The notes: generated by a model not told the origin, from the sequence alone. A stretch of DNA of 64,000 nucleotides from Candidatus Latescibacterota bacterium (GCA_965222075.1 OZ244937.1:64001-128000); one strand, 5' to 3'; positions 1 to 10,036 are shown, counted from the stretch's first letter. Translations and numbers: made by a program.

Positions 1-1833
1 GCGCTCTACGCCGTTTTGACCCACACCATCAGTCCGAAAGCCTTTTACGAGGTGCGAGTGTCGCATTACCGGAGCAAGCAGGACAGCAGCGACACGACGG
101 GGGACGTAACCTCAGACGAAAGGAGGGACAAGGAGGGGTGGTTCTACACCGGCCGGAATGTGGTGTGGAACTATCACATCGGCGAACAGAAGCGGGTGGG
201 TCTCAAGTTCGACCTGTCGAGTCAAATCACGAAGGGGCACTTCATCAAGGCCGGGGTAGATTTCACGAGTTACGACAACTGGTTTACGTGGGAGGGTGCT
301 ACAGCCGGCAACAAGGCGAAGAATATCGAATACATCGGCAACCCCGCTCCGGGCACGGGGCTCACGCCCAAGCAGATCGGGGTCTACATCCAGGACAAGA
401 TGGAGTTCGAGGGGCTGGTCGTGAACGCGGGTCTGCGATACGACCGGTTCTGGGGTGTGGACGTGCCGCTGATGGCCGCGCTGAGGGCCATGATTTACAA
501 TTCGATGTCGAAGTTCATCAACCACGCCCCCCGTTTTCCCTTCAAGCCGATCGTGAACTGGAGCCCGAGGCTGGGGATTTCGCACCCGATCACGGACAGG
601 TCGGCCCTGCACTTTTCCTACGGCCACTACATCCAGCTCCCGGGTTTCCGGCGCATGTTCCACGAGGAGTGGAAGACGGTCGGTACCCGAGCGATTGAGG
701 GCATCCCGTACAGCGATTATACCCAGGGGCTGCGGCCTACCGGCATGTCTGCGATTCGGCCCATCTGGGACGATACGCAGCAGAAGATCAGCTTCGAGCT
801 GGGCGTGGACTGGAACTTCGTGAGCGACTACACGGCGACGCTGGCTACGTTCTACAAGAACGGCTCGTCCCAGGAGGTCTCCGGCTGGAACATGTTGCAG
901 AATCCGACCAACCGCGCGCGGCATTATTTGAACTCCTCCTCGATCGACTGGTGGGAGGATGCACGGGGCTTCGAGTTCAGCATGAGGAAGGGCTTCAGCA
1001 ACTACTTCTCGTTCCGGGCCGCGTTCAACTTAGAGTGGACGGCCCAAGGCCGGGGCGGTGGCGGAGACAACGCGGGCGCCTTAGCCGCGACGCTCGACTC
1101 CACCTGGGTCGCCACGAGCCCGTACTACTTCGAGAAGTGGGAGGAGGGGCCCGGGGTTCAGCGGCCGGTGGAGCCTACGGCCGAGGAGCGGCTGGCGGCT
1201 GCGAGGGGCGCCGCCGGGTTGATGGAAACCATTCGTTCCGATCCCGGGTTTTTCGTGTACTGCTTCTTCAGCCCCGGCCTGAAGGCGAACGACAACGACA
1301 GGGTGAGCAGCGAGGCCAGGGACGCGGCGGAGGGCATCTGGTACGTTTACGACTATTGCCCGAGCGACACGAGAAGCAGTTCTCCGGGGCGCCGTGGGCA
1401 GGGCAGCCTGCAGTTTTTCTTCGGGTCCCCCTCGGACTTCGGGCCGGGTCCGAAGTTCGCCGGGAGCACCCTGCTGGGCGACCTGCGGGCAAACCTGATC
1501 TACCGGATCTACACGGGATCGAAATTCAGGTACTCCGAGCTGGCTACCGGGAAGACGGTGTGGTCGAGAGCGCCCTTACACACCAACATGGATTTGAGCG
1601 TGCAGAAGCGCCTCAACATCGGGAGGGTGAGCGCCGACCTGTTCCTTGAGGTGTTCAACCTGTTCGACCAGAAGGACGCGGGGTCCGTCGGCCGCACGGA
1701 ATACATGTGGTGGGGCATTGAAGGACCCAAGCCGGACGATGCGAACTACCTGAAGTACGGGGATTTCCAGGACCGGTCGCGGTTTATCGGCAGTCCCCGG
1801 GAGACGCACGTGGGCTTGAGGTTGAGTTTCTGA
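1..1833 (+). CDS. TonB-dependent receptor, C-terminal beta-barrel part (5' end outside window)
   Basis: Frame open from base 1; motifs YIQDKMEFEGLVVNAGLRYD, SPRLGISHPIT, FSYGHY, EVFNLFD; terminal GLRLSF (C-terminal Phe typical of outer-membrane barrels). Confidence 0.9.
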   Translation, partial: ALYAVLTHTISPKAFYEVRVSHYRSKQDSSDTTGDVTSDERRDKEGWFYTGRNVVWNYHIGEQKRVGLKFDLSSQITKGHFIKAGVDFTSYDNWFTWEGATAGNKAKNIEYIGNPAPGTGLTPKQIGVYIQDKMEFEGLVVNAGLRYDRFWGVDVPLMAALRAMIYNSMSKFINHAPRFPFKPIVNWSPRLGISHPITDRSALHFSYGHYIQLPGFRRMFHEEWKTVGTRAIEGIPYSDYTQGLRPTGMSAIRPIWDDTQQKISFELGVDWNFVSDYTATLATFYKNGSSQEVSGWNMLQNPTNRARHYLNSSSIDWWEDARGFEFSMRKGFSNYFSFRAAFNLEWTAQGRGGGGDNAGALAATLDSTWVATSPYYFEKWEEGPGVQRPVEPTAEERLAAARGAAGLMETIRSDPGFFVYCFFSPGLKANDNDRVSSEARDAAEGIWYVYDYCPSDTRSSSPGRRGQGSLQFFFGSPSDFGPGPKFAGSTLLGDLRANLIYRIYTGSKFRYSELATGKTVWSRAPLHTNMDLSVQKRLNIGRVSADLFLEVFNLFDQKDAGSVGRTEYMWWGIEGPKPDDANYLKYGDFQDRSRFIGSPRETHVGLRLSF

Positions 1834-1854
1834 TGTCCTCAAATTCTCCTCGGT

Positions 1855-1903
1855 CCCCGATACCAATGGGGGAAGAATCTGGTCTCCCCCATTGGTATCG
1901 GGG
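1855..1903. other. Perfect 19-bp intergenic hairpin (11-nt loop)
   Basis: CCCCGATACCAATGGGGGA (1855-1873) is the exact reverse complement of TCCCCCATTGGTATCGGGG (1885-1903); only a short T run follows, so not a clear intrinsic terminator. Confidence 0.8.
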
Positions 1904-1957
1904 GCGATTTCCAGATTTCTTGGCCGTAAGGACAATCGATTCAGGAGGTTCAGGATA

Positions 1958-4228
1958 ATGAAAAAAGCCATCATCAACGGAGCGCTGCTCCTGGCGATCG
2001 GTCTCCTGTTGTGGGACGGGTCCCCAGTATGGGCGCAGGATTTCAAACATCGGTTAGCGACCCGCGGCAGGGTGTGGGACGTGTTCTGGAATACCGGAAA
2101 CCAGGGCGTCTGGGAGCAGTTCTTGACCACCGAGTATCGAGCCATGAGCTTTTCCTATCCGGGCCAGTTTGTGCCCGACTATCGGTGGGACGGTCCGGAG
2201 TACTACGGGGGTCAGCGCTCCTTCGCCGGGCTGCAGCCGTATCAGTCCTCGAACATGGAGATGACGGCCCTCAGCGCGGGCTTAGATATGTTTATCGCGA
2301 CGGTGGTGGGCGGCGACTATTTTGTGACCGAGACAAAGCCGCCGATCCTGTCGGAAGATGTCTTCGCGATCGCCTACGATCCCTCCCAGGGGCCGGAGGC
2401 GAACATCGGGTATCCGAACATTTCCCCGGGGGGGGCTCCGATGGCCAACTGGTGGCCGGGTCAACCTTTGCCCGGCCCGGAGTTCCCGGTGGAGATCCAC
2501 AACTACCGCTACTTCCAGTATATGGACCCGGACAAGGATATGTTTGCGGAGAACACCATCATATCCAACTACGCCACAAAGCGGGGGATCACCGTCACGA
2601 AGAAGGCCTACTCCTGGAGCTATCCGGGCTACAGCGACTTCATCATCCTGGATTTGACTTTTGAGAATACCGGGGACTCCGACGGGGACGGTGTGGCGGA
2701 CCTGAACGGAGGGGCCGGTCTCCAGCTGGACGATACCTTCTTCATTTTTTCGAGCCGGTACTATATTTCGCTTGCCGGGCACACGTGGCACGGCAGCACT
2801 GCCCTATATGGCTATGCCCAGACCGACCTGGTCAAAGACGACTGGAGCAAGTACACCGAGGCCCCGAACTACGACGGGCCGGCGTCCGGGCAGGGACTGA
2901 AGATGTATTACGGCTACGACGGGGACAACCCGTTCGTTCCGTGGGACGACACGGGCCAGCCTTTCAAGTCGGATGTGAGCACATACGCACAGATCTCTGT
3001 CGGGAAGATCCGATTCGAGGGTGAACTGACGGCCTACCAGTACGCGGGCATCGCCCCGATCGCCTACATGCCCGGGACCGCCAACGATCCGAGCACATGG
3101 ACGTACGACACGGGGGGCGACGCGAGCTTTGTAGCGCCCAAGGTGGCAGACCAGCCCTATACGTACAAGTGGGGGGAGTTCCGTCAGAAGGATGATTTCG
3201 ACCAGCCTGATTCCCGGACCTTTACGTATGAAGCGATGTACAACGCGCTATCCGGGCCCGCACCGACGATTATGGATAACTCCACGGAAATGGGCCAGAT
3301 CCACGGAACGTTCGCCTACGGTCCCTATGACCTGGCCGTCGGCGACAAGGTCAGGATCGTCCTTGTGACGGCGGCGGCCGCCCCGGTAGAGGAGAATTTC
3401 TGGGGCTGGGCGCTGACGGCGAAGGTGGACGAAATGCACACGGACAGGACGTTCAACAACCTGGTCAAGCACGTCAATGCCGCCAAAGATGCCTTCAAGT
3501 GGGGCTACGACCTGCCTGATCCACCGCCGGACGTGGAGGTGAAGATGGGCGTCACGCCTGAGGCGAACAACAAATTGACGTGGGACGCGGGGATGGCCGA
3601 TGCGACGGATCCGGACTATTCGGGCGCGGAGGCCCGGGACGTGGCGGGCCTGCGTGTATACCATTCGGAGATCAAGATCGACAACTGGAAGCTCCTGGCC
3701 GACCTTCCACCCACAGCCACCGAGTATGTGGACGACAAATCGGTGGCCGGATTCGTATATGTCTACACCGTTCGTGCTTATGATAATGGGCACCCCGACT
3801 GGAATGGCACAGGGATGGCCATCCCGTCGCTCGAGGGCGGCAACAGTTCGCCCGAGCAGAAGGCGGCGGGGGGTAGGCCCTTCGTTCCCTTTGTGCCTGC
3901 CAACCCTGCTGCGGACCAGCTTCAGGCGAAGGTGGTTGTGGTGCCGAACCCGTACAGGGACGATGGCGCGCACGCCTACCCGGCGAAGGAGCGGGTCCGG
4001 TTTCTGAATCTCCCGCACAAGTGCACGGTCCGGATCTTTACGGCGTCCGGGGATCTATTTGGCGAGTTCACCCACGACGATCCGTCCAAGGGCGAGGCGA
4101 ACTGGGCGCAGGTCCCCATCGATTTCATCGGAAGGGCTTCCCCCGGCATCTATTTCTTTGTAGTTGAATCGCAGGTGCAGGCGAGCCTGGGACAGATCCA
4201 GACGGGCACGTTTATGATCGTCAAGTAG
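1958..4228 (+). CDS. Secreted protein with FN3-like region and T9SS-like C-terminal sorting domain
   Basis: ATG 1958 after AGGAGG/AGGA; signal peptide MKKAIINGALLLAIG...VWA; C-terminus VVVPNPY...RFLNLP..CTVRIFTASGDL...PGIYFFVV...FMIVK; next gene is PorV-like. Confidence 0.75.
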   Translation: MKKAIINGALLLAIGLLLWDGSPVWAQDFKHRLATRGRVWDVFWNTGNQGVWEQFLTTEYRAMSFSYPGQFVPDYRWDGPEYYGGQRSFAGLQPYQSSNMEMTALSAGLDMFIATVVGGDYFVTETKPPILSEDVFAIAYDPSQGPEANIGYPNISPGGAPMANWWPGQPLPGPEFPVEIHNYRYFQYMDPDKDMFAENTIISNYATKRGITVTKKAYSWSYPGYSDFIILDLTFENTGDSDGDGVADLNGGAGLQLDDTFFIFSSRYYISLAGHTWHGSTALYGYAQTDLVKDDWSKYTEAPNYDGPASGQGLKMYYGYDGDNPFVPWDDTGQPFKSDVSTYAQISVGKIRFEGELTAYQYAGIAPIAYMPGTANDPSTWTYDTGGDASFVAPKVADQPYTYKWGEFRQKDDFDQPDSRTFTYEAMYNALSGPAPTIMDNSTEMGQIHGTFAYGPYDLAVGDKVRIVLVTAAAAPVEENFWGWALTAKVDEMHTDRTFNNLVKHVNAAKDAFKWGYDLPDPPPDVEVKMGVTPEANNKLTWDAGMADATDPDYSGAEARDVAGLRVYHSEIKIDNWKLLADLPPTATEYVDDKSVAGFVYVYTVRAYDNGHPDWNGTGMAIPSLEGGNSSPEQKAAGGRPFVPFVPANPAADQLQAKVVVVPNPYRDDGAHAYPAKERVRFLNLPHKCTVRIFTASGDLFGEFTHDDPSKGEANWAQVPIDFIGRASPGIYFFVVESQVQASLGQIQTGTFMIVK

Positions 4229-4258
4229 GGAAACCGGATTGAAAAAGGAGAAACAGCG

Positions 4259-5209
4259 ATGAAACGGATATTCTGGATCGGACTGGCGGCGATGACGATC
4301 GTTGCGCTGCTCTTGCCCCGGGTTGCGGATGCGGGTCAGAGGCGGCTGGGGCGGATGGTGCTCCACATATTGAAGACGGACCACGGGGCGCGCATGAGCG
4401 GCATGGGGGGGAGTTTTGTGGCCATTGCCGATGACATTGATGCGATCCACGTGAACCCTGCGGGGTTGACCCACGTTGAGCGGATGGAGTATACGTTTTC
4501 CTACACGCGCTGGCTGGCGAACTCCAATTTTTTCTCGGGCGCGGTCGCTTATAAAACCGATTTGGGGATTTTGGGAGTGAGCGTGGTGGCGTTTTCGCCG
4601 GAGCAGATGGAGGAGAGGACGATCTTCCAGCCGCAGGGCACGGGTCGGATGCTGGATGCAGGGAATGTCAGCATCGGTGTGGCCTACGCCAGGAAGATTA
4701 CAGACAGGCTTTCCTTCGGATTGGTGGGCCGCTGGACGCAGGATACGCTGGACCAGGACCGGGTCAGCGCCGTCGACATCAGCATGGGGACGTTTTTCTA
4801 CACAGGGTTCAGGAACCTGCGGATCGCGATGGCGTTCAAGGACCTGGGCAAGGATGTTGAGGTGTTCGAGGAGGTGAATTACTCACTGCCGACGACGTTC
4901 AGTTTTGCGGTTGCAATGGACGCGTTTGGGCAGAAGGGCGATCCGGCGGTTCTGACGGCAACGGCGGAGAACTACTTCGCGACGGATTTTGCGGAGCCGC
5001 AGGCCCGGATCGGCGGGGAGTTGTGGCTGCAGAACATCGTGGCGGTGCGGGCAGGGTATCGGTTCAAACAGCCTGCGCAGTCCTACACCCTGGGGTTTGG
5101 GTTGAAGCTCCAGCCGGTGGAGGGGAAGGAGGTCCGTGCGGATTTCTCCTATACCCAGTTCGATTACTTCGATGCGCCGCTGCGGTTCTCGTTGAGCGGA
5201 TCGTTTTAA
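4259..5209 (+). CDS. PorV/PorQ family outer-membrane protein
   Basis: Signal peptide; GAR..GMGG.FVAIADD..A...NPAGL motif; ends RFSLSGSF; RBS AAGGAG. Confidence 0.85.
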   Translation: MKRIFWIGLAAMTIVALLLPRVADAGQRRLGRMVLHILKTDHGARMSGMGGSFVAIADDIDAIHVNPAGLTHVERMEYTFSYTRWLANSNFFSGAVAYKTDLGILGVSVVAFSPEQMEERTIFQPQGTGRMLDAGNVSIGVAYARKITDRLSFGLVGRWTQDTLDQDRVSAVDISMGTFFYTGFRNLRIAMAFKDLGKDVEVFEEVNYSLPTTFSFAVAMDAFGQKGDPAVLTATAENYFATDFAEPQARIGGELWLQNIVAVRAGYRFKQPAQSYTLGFGLKLQPVEGKEVRADFSYTQFDYFDAPLRFSLSGSF

Positions 5210-5446
5210 TCACGAAAGGCACGAAACCACTTCCGGCCCCCTATCCCCAGGGAAAGAGATGGGGTGGGGGGCAACGGAGGAGTACGGAGGGCTATAGAAG
5301 CACACAGAGCGTGGAGAAAGGGGCTGGAGCTTGAGGACCGGGGGCTTGTTTATACGATCCATCTCAGGAGGATGAGATTGGTTTTGCAAGCCTCCAGCCT
5401 TTTGTCTCCAGCCTCTGTTTTTTTCGTCTTTAGATTGGAGGATTGT

Positions 5447-6295
5447 ATGGCAACGCAGATGGAGCAGTACAGGACCGAGGGCTATTTTATCGCGAACCAC
5501 GCAGTGGACCCCGACATGCTCGACCCGCTGCTGGAGGCTGCCAGGCGGATAAAGGAGCGGTCCCGGTCGGGCGAGGTGGACATCGCCGTCCAGTGGGCCG
5601 CACCCGGGGAGCCCTGGGTCATCCGGGGGCTGTTCTCGCTCGCGTTCGGAGAGTCTATTTTTGCGGAGTACTTAGTGTCCCGGCCTCTGATGGACTATGT
5701 CGAGTCGTTTCTGGACAGCGATCTGCCGATGGGGGACGTGGTCCTGTTTACCAATCCACGAAACGAGGACTTCAGCACCGGGTGGCATCGGGATATGGGG
5801 GACTGGAGGCGGTACGGCAGCGAGGAGGTGGAACTGGCGTTCTTGAACCAGCCGATGACGAGTATCAAATGGCATTTGGCGCTGGTGGACGACGCCTGTC
5901 TCATGCTCGTGTCCGGGAGCCACAGGCGGTTCCGGACGGCAAACGAGGAGGCGTGTATGCGGTTGTCCGACGATTACCGGCAGTACCTCTCTCAGGACCG
6001 TCCTCCGGGGCAGGTACCGGCACCGGAGCATCCGGACATTCCGGGGCAGAAAGTGATCGAGCTGAAGGCGGGGCAGACTGTTTTCTGGACCGGGAACACG
6101 ATTCATCGAGGGGCCACGAAGAAGGATGTGGAGCGCATGACGCTGGCAGGGAACTGGCAGAAGTGCAGCGAGGACGATTCCCCCAGAGAGACCGGGCAAA
6201 AGGAGCAGTGGAAGCTGGCAGAGGGTCTGCGGGAGGCCCTGCCGGAGGCGATGCGCCCCTACTACGACCGGTGGCGGGCGCTTCAGAAGGGTTGA
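5447..6295 (+). CDS. Phytanoyl-CoA dioxygenase (PhyH) family Fe(II)/2-oxoglutarate oxygenase
   Basis: ATG 5447 after GGAGG; QYRTEGYF start, GWHRD (HxD), SGSH, distal IHRG. Confidence 0.85.
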   Translation: MATQMEQYRTEGYFIANHAVDPDMLDPLLEAARRIKERSRSGEVDIAVQWAAPGEPWVIRGLFSLAFGESIFAEYLVSRPLMDYVESFLDSDLPMGDVVLFTNPRNEDFSTGWHRDMGDWRRYGSEEVELAFLNQPMTSIKWHLALVDDACLMLVSGSHRRFRTANEEACMRLSDDYRQYLSQDRPPGQVPAPEHPDIPGQKVIELKAGQTVFWTGNTIHRGATKKDVERMTLAGNWQKCSEDDSPRETGQKEQWKLAEGLREALPEAMRPYYDRWRALQKG

Positions 6296-6323
6296 CTATC
6301 TTACAGGGCGGAGGTGGAAAGAG

Positions 6324-7022
6324 ATGAAGCTGAATGAAATGTGGGACATGGGCGAGTTGATCGATCTGAGCGCGGATATTTACGAGGGGATGGCTCAGAT
6401 GCCACCGCCTGTGTTTCCCGCCGTGGAGGTCCGGGAGCTGGATCTGAGCGAACGGGCGAAGGGACGGGAATATGTGAGCTATTCCCAGGCGATTCACATG
6501 CCCGTGCAGGTTGCAACGTATCTTGAGACGGGCGCGCACCTGTACCCGGAAATGGAGAAGATCAACGAGGTGGGACTGGAGCGGCTGTTCGTTTCGGCGG
6601 TGGTGCTCCAGATTCCGCGCGGCGCAGGCGAAAAGGTGACGGCTCCGGATATCGAGTCGAAGCTAAAAGATGCAGGGGAAACGGTGAATCCGGGGGAGGC
6701 GCTGTTGATCGGCACCGGATACAACTTTTTTGAAGATCCGGACTTCAAAAATACCCCCCATTTCCGGTACGATGCCGTAGAATGGGCTGTGCAGCACCGG
6801 TGCGCCATTCTGGGGTCTGACATGGGTTCCTGGCAGGATGCTGATGAGAAACCGTCGTTTTTTCCGATGTTTCTGCAATCGGGGACCCTGCTGCTGGCTC
6901 CGATGGTGAATGTAGATCAGATTCCGGTGGCGCGGATCAAGCTTGTCGTGATGCCGCTGAAGGTCCACGGGGTCTGCGCTTTTCCCAGCCGGGTAATCGG
7001 GATTGTGCCGACAAAGGGATGA
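6324..7022 (+). CDS. Cyclase / kynurenine formamidase-like protein with degenerate metal motif
   Basis: LIDLS..IYEGM, ALLIGTG, LGSD, MPLKVHG..AFPSRVIG; the HxGTHxDxPxH position reads QVATYLETGAH. Confidence 0.75.
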   Translation: MKLNEMWDMGELIDLSADIYEGMAQMPPPVFPAVEVRELDLSERAKGREYVSYSQAIHMPVQVATYLETGAHLYPEMEKINEVGLERLFVSAVVLQIPRGAGEKVTAPDIESKLKDAGETVNPGEALLIGTGYNFFEDPDFKNTPHFRYDAVEWAVQHRCAILGSDMGSWQDADEKPSFFPMFLQSGTLLLAPMVNVDQIPVARIKLVVMPLKVHGVCAFPSRVIGIVPTKG

Positions 7023-7043
7023 CCAAAATAAAGGAGGGTTGCG

Positions 7044-8174
7044 ATGAAGATAGAACGGATTTCCGCCCATCGGCTTAGAGAGTGCGAGATCAGCATGGAG
7101 AAGTGGACGCATTTTACGAAATGGAAGGCGAGCGAGGACTGGATTGAAGATGAGATTTTCGGCAAGAAGTGGATCTCGCCGACCTGCGTGCTCTACAATC
7201 CGAACGACGGGCTTGTCTACGTGGGGCTGACCGCGCTTGACAGGGATATCTTTTATACTTTCGATCCCAGGACGGATACGTGGGAATCGCTGAATTACCC
7301 CGGGGAAAGGGACCGCTACGGCAGCAAGATCCACCAGGGTCTGGAGGTGGACGGGGAGGGGCGCGTCTACGCCGGGGTCGCCACGTTGGGAGATGCGGAT
7401 GTCTGGCCGAAGGCGACGGGCGGTCCGATCTTTCGCTATGATCCGAAGACGAAAGCGTACGAGTTTTTGTGCATTCCGATCGAACACGACTACGTTCAGG
7501 GATTTGTGATGGACAAAGCGCGGGGAGTGATCTACGGAGACACGTTTCCGGGAAGGAAGATGTTTCGGTACGATATTGAAAGTGGGGAGGTGCGGGAGTT
7601 GACGATGCTGGGCGACGTGTCCACCGAGCACCTGGCGCTGGATGCGGACGGGGGCGCGTGGCACACGTACGAGTTGATGCAGTGGGCGGGACGGTACCCG
7701 CTTTTGCGCTACGATCCGGACCGGGATGAGATCGACTTTACCAATGTGGACCTGCCCGACGTGATGCCCGAAAAGAAGGGTTCCAACCAGATCGATACGG
7801 CGTTGTTGACGAGGGACGGCGCCCTGTACATCGGGACGGCCGCCGGGGCGCTGGCGCAGGTGGACCACCGGGGTCCGGAGGTGAGCGTGACCTACCTGGG
7901 CAAGCCCTACGTTGCGCCCCGCATGAAGGGGCTGATTGAGGGTCCGGACGGGCTGATTTACGGGGCGTGCGGGGGCGACTACGATACACACTTTTTCACG
8001 TATGACCGTTCATCGGGCATGTTCAACGACCTGGGGCCGATACGGGACACTCAGGATGGGACGCGGTGCTGGCTGGCGCACAATCTGTGCATGGTGGATG
8101 CCAGGACGTTTATCGTGGCCGAGTCCGACAACCATTGGCGGGCGAGTTTTCTGTTTAAGGTGGAGCTGGCGTAG
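7044..8174 (+). CDS. Beta-propeller repeat protein, function unknown
   Basis: Repeated DG.vY.G...iF.YDP blades; RBS AAGGAGG. Confidence 0.7.
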   Translation: MKIERISAHRLRECEISMEKWTHFTKWKASEDWIEDEIFGKKWISPTCVLYNPNDGLVYVGLTALDRDIFYTFDPRTDTWESLNYPGERDRYGSKIHQGLEVDGEGRVYAGVATLGDADVWPKATGGPIFRYDPKTKAYEFLCIPIEHDYVQGFVMDKARGVIYGDTFPGRKMFRYDIESGEVRELTMLGDVSTEHLALDADGGAWHTYELMQWAGRYPLLRYDPDRDEIDFTNVDLPDVMPEKKGSNQIDTALLTRDGALYIGTAAGALAQVDHRGPEVSVTYLGKPYVAPRMKGLIEGPDGLIYGACGGDYDTHFFTYDRSSGMFNDLGPIRDTQDGTRCWLAHNLCMVDARTFIVAESDNHWRASFLFKVELA

Positions 8175-8225
8175 CCGCTGATCAGGAGATGCATAAACGC
8201 TTGAACAAATCCCGGAGTTTGTACA

Positions 8226-9986
8226 ATGGCGGTGCAGCACACAGAGGCATACAGACGGATCCAGGCGCTGATTGTGGAAGATCGGTGCGTGATCTTAGAC
8301 GGAGGGGTGGCCACGGAGCTGGAGCGGGTTGGACTGAAGGACTACCGCATCAGCGATAAGGGGCTGTGGGGGACCTGGGCGCTGTACCACACCCCCCACG
8401 TGGTGCAGGAGGTCCACCACCGGTTTGTGCAGGCGGGGTGCGATCTGATATCGACGAATACGTGGGCGATTCTGAGTACCCCGGAGATGGAGACACGCAG
8501 TTTGATGGGGCACGCAGGGCCGGGGCACTGGATGGATGTGGCCAGGCTGGGGGTGAGGCTGGCGCGCCAGGCTGTTGATGAGGCCGGAAAGGGGGGCGAG
8601 TGTGCGGTGGGGTTCAGCCTCAACGGGGATATCGATACGCCCCAGGTGTTAGACAGGCTCCAGCTGCTGGCCCGGGTGTTCGAGGAAGAGCCCCCCGATC
8701 TGATCCTGATGGAGACGATGTCGTTGATCCGCGATGAGCGGACGTTTCCTGCGGTGGCGGCCATGCTCCGGACGGGTCTTCCGGTCTGGCTGAGTTTCCG
8801 GCGCTGCCGGCACGGGGTCTGCGGGGTGTTCGGGCAGCACTGGGGCGGGCCGGAGGGCGATCTGTTCGGGCGGACCGCCCGCGAATTTGAAAATATGGGG
8901 GTGGGCGCGTTGTTGATCAACTGTCTGCCGGCAGACCACGTGCCGGGGATGATCTCCTGGCTTCGGGACTTTACGGATCTACCCCTGGGCGCATATCCGA
9001 ACCTGGGACGCTATTTAGACCCGGGGTGGAAGTTTGACGATCAGGTGGGCCCCGAAGAGTACGCACAACTTACCAGGGGGTGGCGAGAGGAGGGGGCTCA
9101 GATTGTGGGGGGGTGCTGCGGGGTTACGCCGGAGCATCTTGTTGCCGTGCGGGAGGAGCTGGCAGAGACAAAGCCGGGCCGTCGGCGTGGAAGCGCGGTT
9201 CAACACCCGGTGCCGTCCGCGCCGGTTCGTGCGGTCCGTGCGCCCCAACCGTGGGTTGACGAGAAGCGGCGGAGCCTTTTCCCGCTTCCGTTTCCCGACA
9301 TTGTCTGTGATCCGGAGGTGTTCCGGCCTACGCAGGGTAGCTTCCTGCTGTGGAAATACCTGTTCCGGTCGGGGCTGGGGAAAGGGAAGCGGTGTCTGGA
9401 TGTGGGGTGCGGGACCGGGATTCTGACTGTGCAGCTCGCTTTGAACGGGGCCGAACACGTGCAGGCGATCGACATCCAGCGCGAAGCGGTGGGCAATACG
9501 CTTACGAACGCGTTTCGCAACGATGTTGCCGACCGGGTGAGCGGAGAGGTGGTTGACCTGTATACCTATCTGCCGGAAATGAAGTACGAGCTGATCGTTG
9601 CGAGCCTGTATCAGATGCCGGTGGATCCGATGGGGAATCCGATGGGGCACCGGCCAGCGGATTTCTGGGGCCGGAATCTGCTGGATCATCTGATTTCCCT
9701 GCTGCCGGAGCTTTTGGAGGAGGACGGGGTTGCCTACCTGATGCAGATTTCCGCGCTGGGCCAGCTTCGGACCGCAGAGCTTTTGGAGGAGGCCGGGTTT
9801 GACGCCAGGGTGGTGGATTACAGCTTTTTTCACTTCAGCTCGGCGTTTTATGAGAATATCGACCAAATCCACCGTGTGGAGGAGCTTTCAGACGCGTACC
9901 ATTTAACGTTTGGCGACGAGGACGTGATGGCGATGTATTTGCTGGAGATCACACGTCGGGCTGCGCAGGATGCTGCATCCGGATAG
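8226..9986 (+). CDS. Fusion: homocysteine S-methyltransferase domain plus class I (HemK-like) SAM methyltransferase domain
   Basis: ILDGGVATELE, LINC, GAYPN, IVGGCCG (Zn-binding cysteines); Pro/Arg-rich linker; then VFRP, LDVGCGTG, AIDI. Confidence 0.9.
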   Translation: MAVQHTEAYRRIQALIVEDRCVILDGGVATELERVGLKDYRISDKGLWGTWALYHTPHVVQEVHHRFVQAGCDLISTNTWAILSTPEMETRSLMGHAGPGHWMDVARLGVRLARQAVDEAGKGGECAVGFSLNGDIDTPQVLDRLQLLARVFEEEPPDLILMETMSLIRDERTFPAVAAMLRTGLPVWLSFRRCRHGVCGVFGQHWGGPEGDLFGRTAREFENMGVGALLINCLPADHVPGMISWLRDFTDLPLGAYPNLGRYLDPGWKFDDQVGPEEYAQLTRGWREEGAQIVGGCCGVTPEHLVAVREELAETKPGRRRGSAVQHPVPSAPVRAVRAPQPWVDEKRRSLFPLPFPDIVCDPEVFRPTQGSFLLWKYLFRSGLGKGKRCLDVGCGTGILTVQLALNGAEHVQAIDIQREAVGNTLTNAFRNDVADRVSGEVVDLYTYLPEMKYELIVASLYQMPVDPMGNPMGHRPADFWGRNLLDHLISLLPELLEEDGVAYLMQISALGQLRTAELLEEAGFDARVVDYSFFHFSSAFYENIDQIHRVEELSDAYHLTFGDEDVMAMYLLEITRRAAQDAASG

Positions 9987-10036
9987 AAGCCCTGGAAAGT
10001 TTGTGTAAACGCCAATAAGGCTTAAAGGGATGGCCG

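Noticed and set aside
5264-5446. N-terminal extensions in the ORF track (also 1892, 23878, 31710, 44568, 50694, 55371, 59212)
   Set aside because: Downstream starts with a clear RBS or stop/start overlap fit family lengths better
8201-8227. TTGAAC...TACAAT promoter-like pair before the HMT fusion
   Set aside because: Spacer is only 15 nt and the -10 box overlaps the start codon
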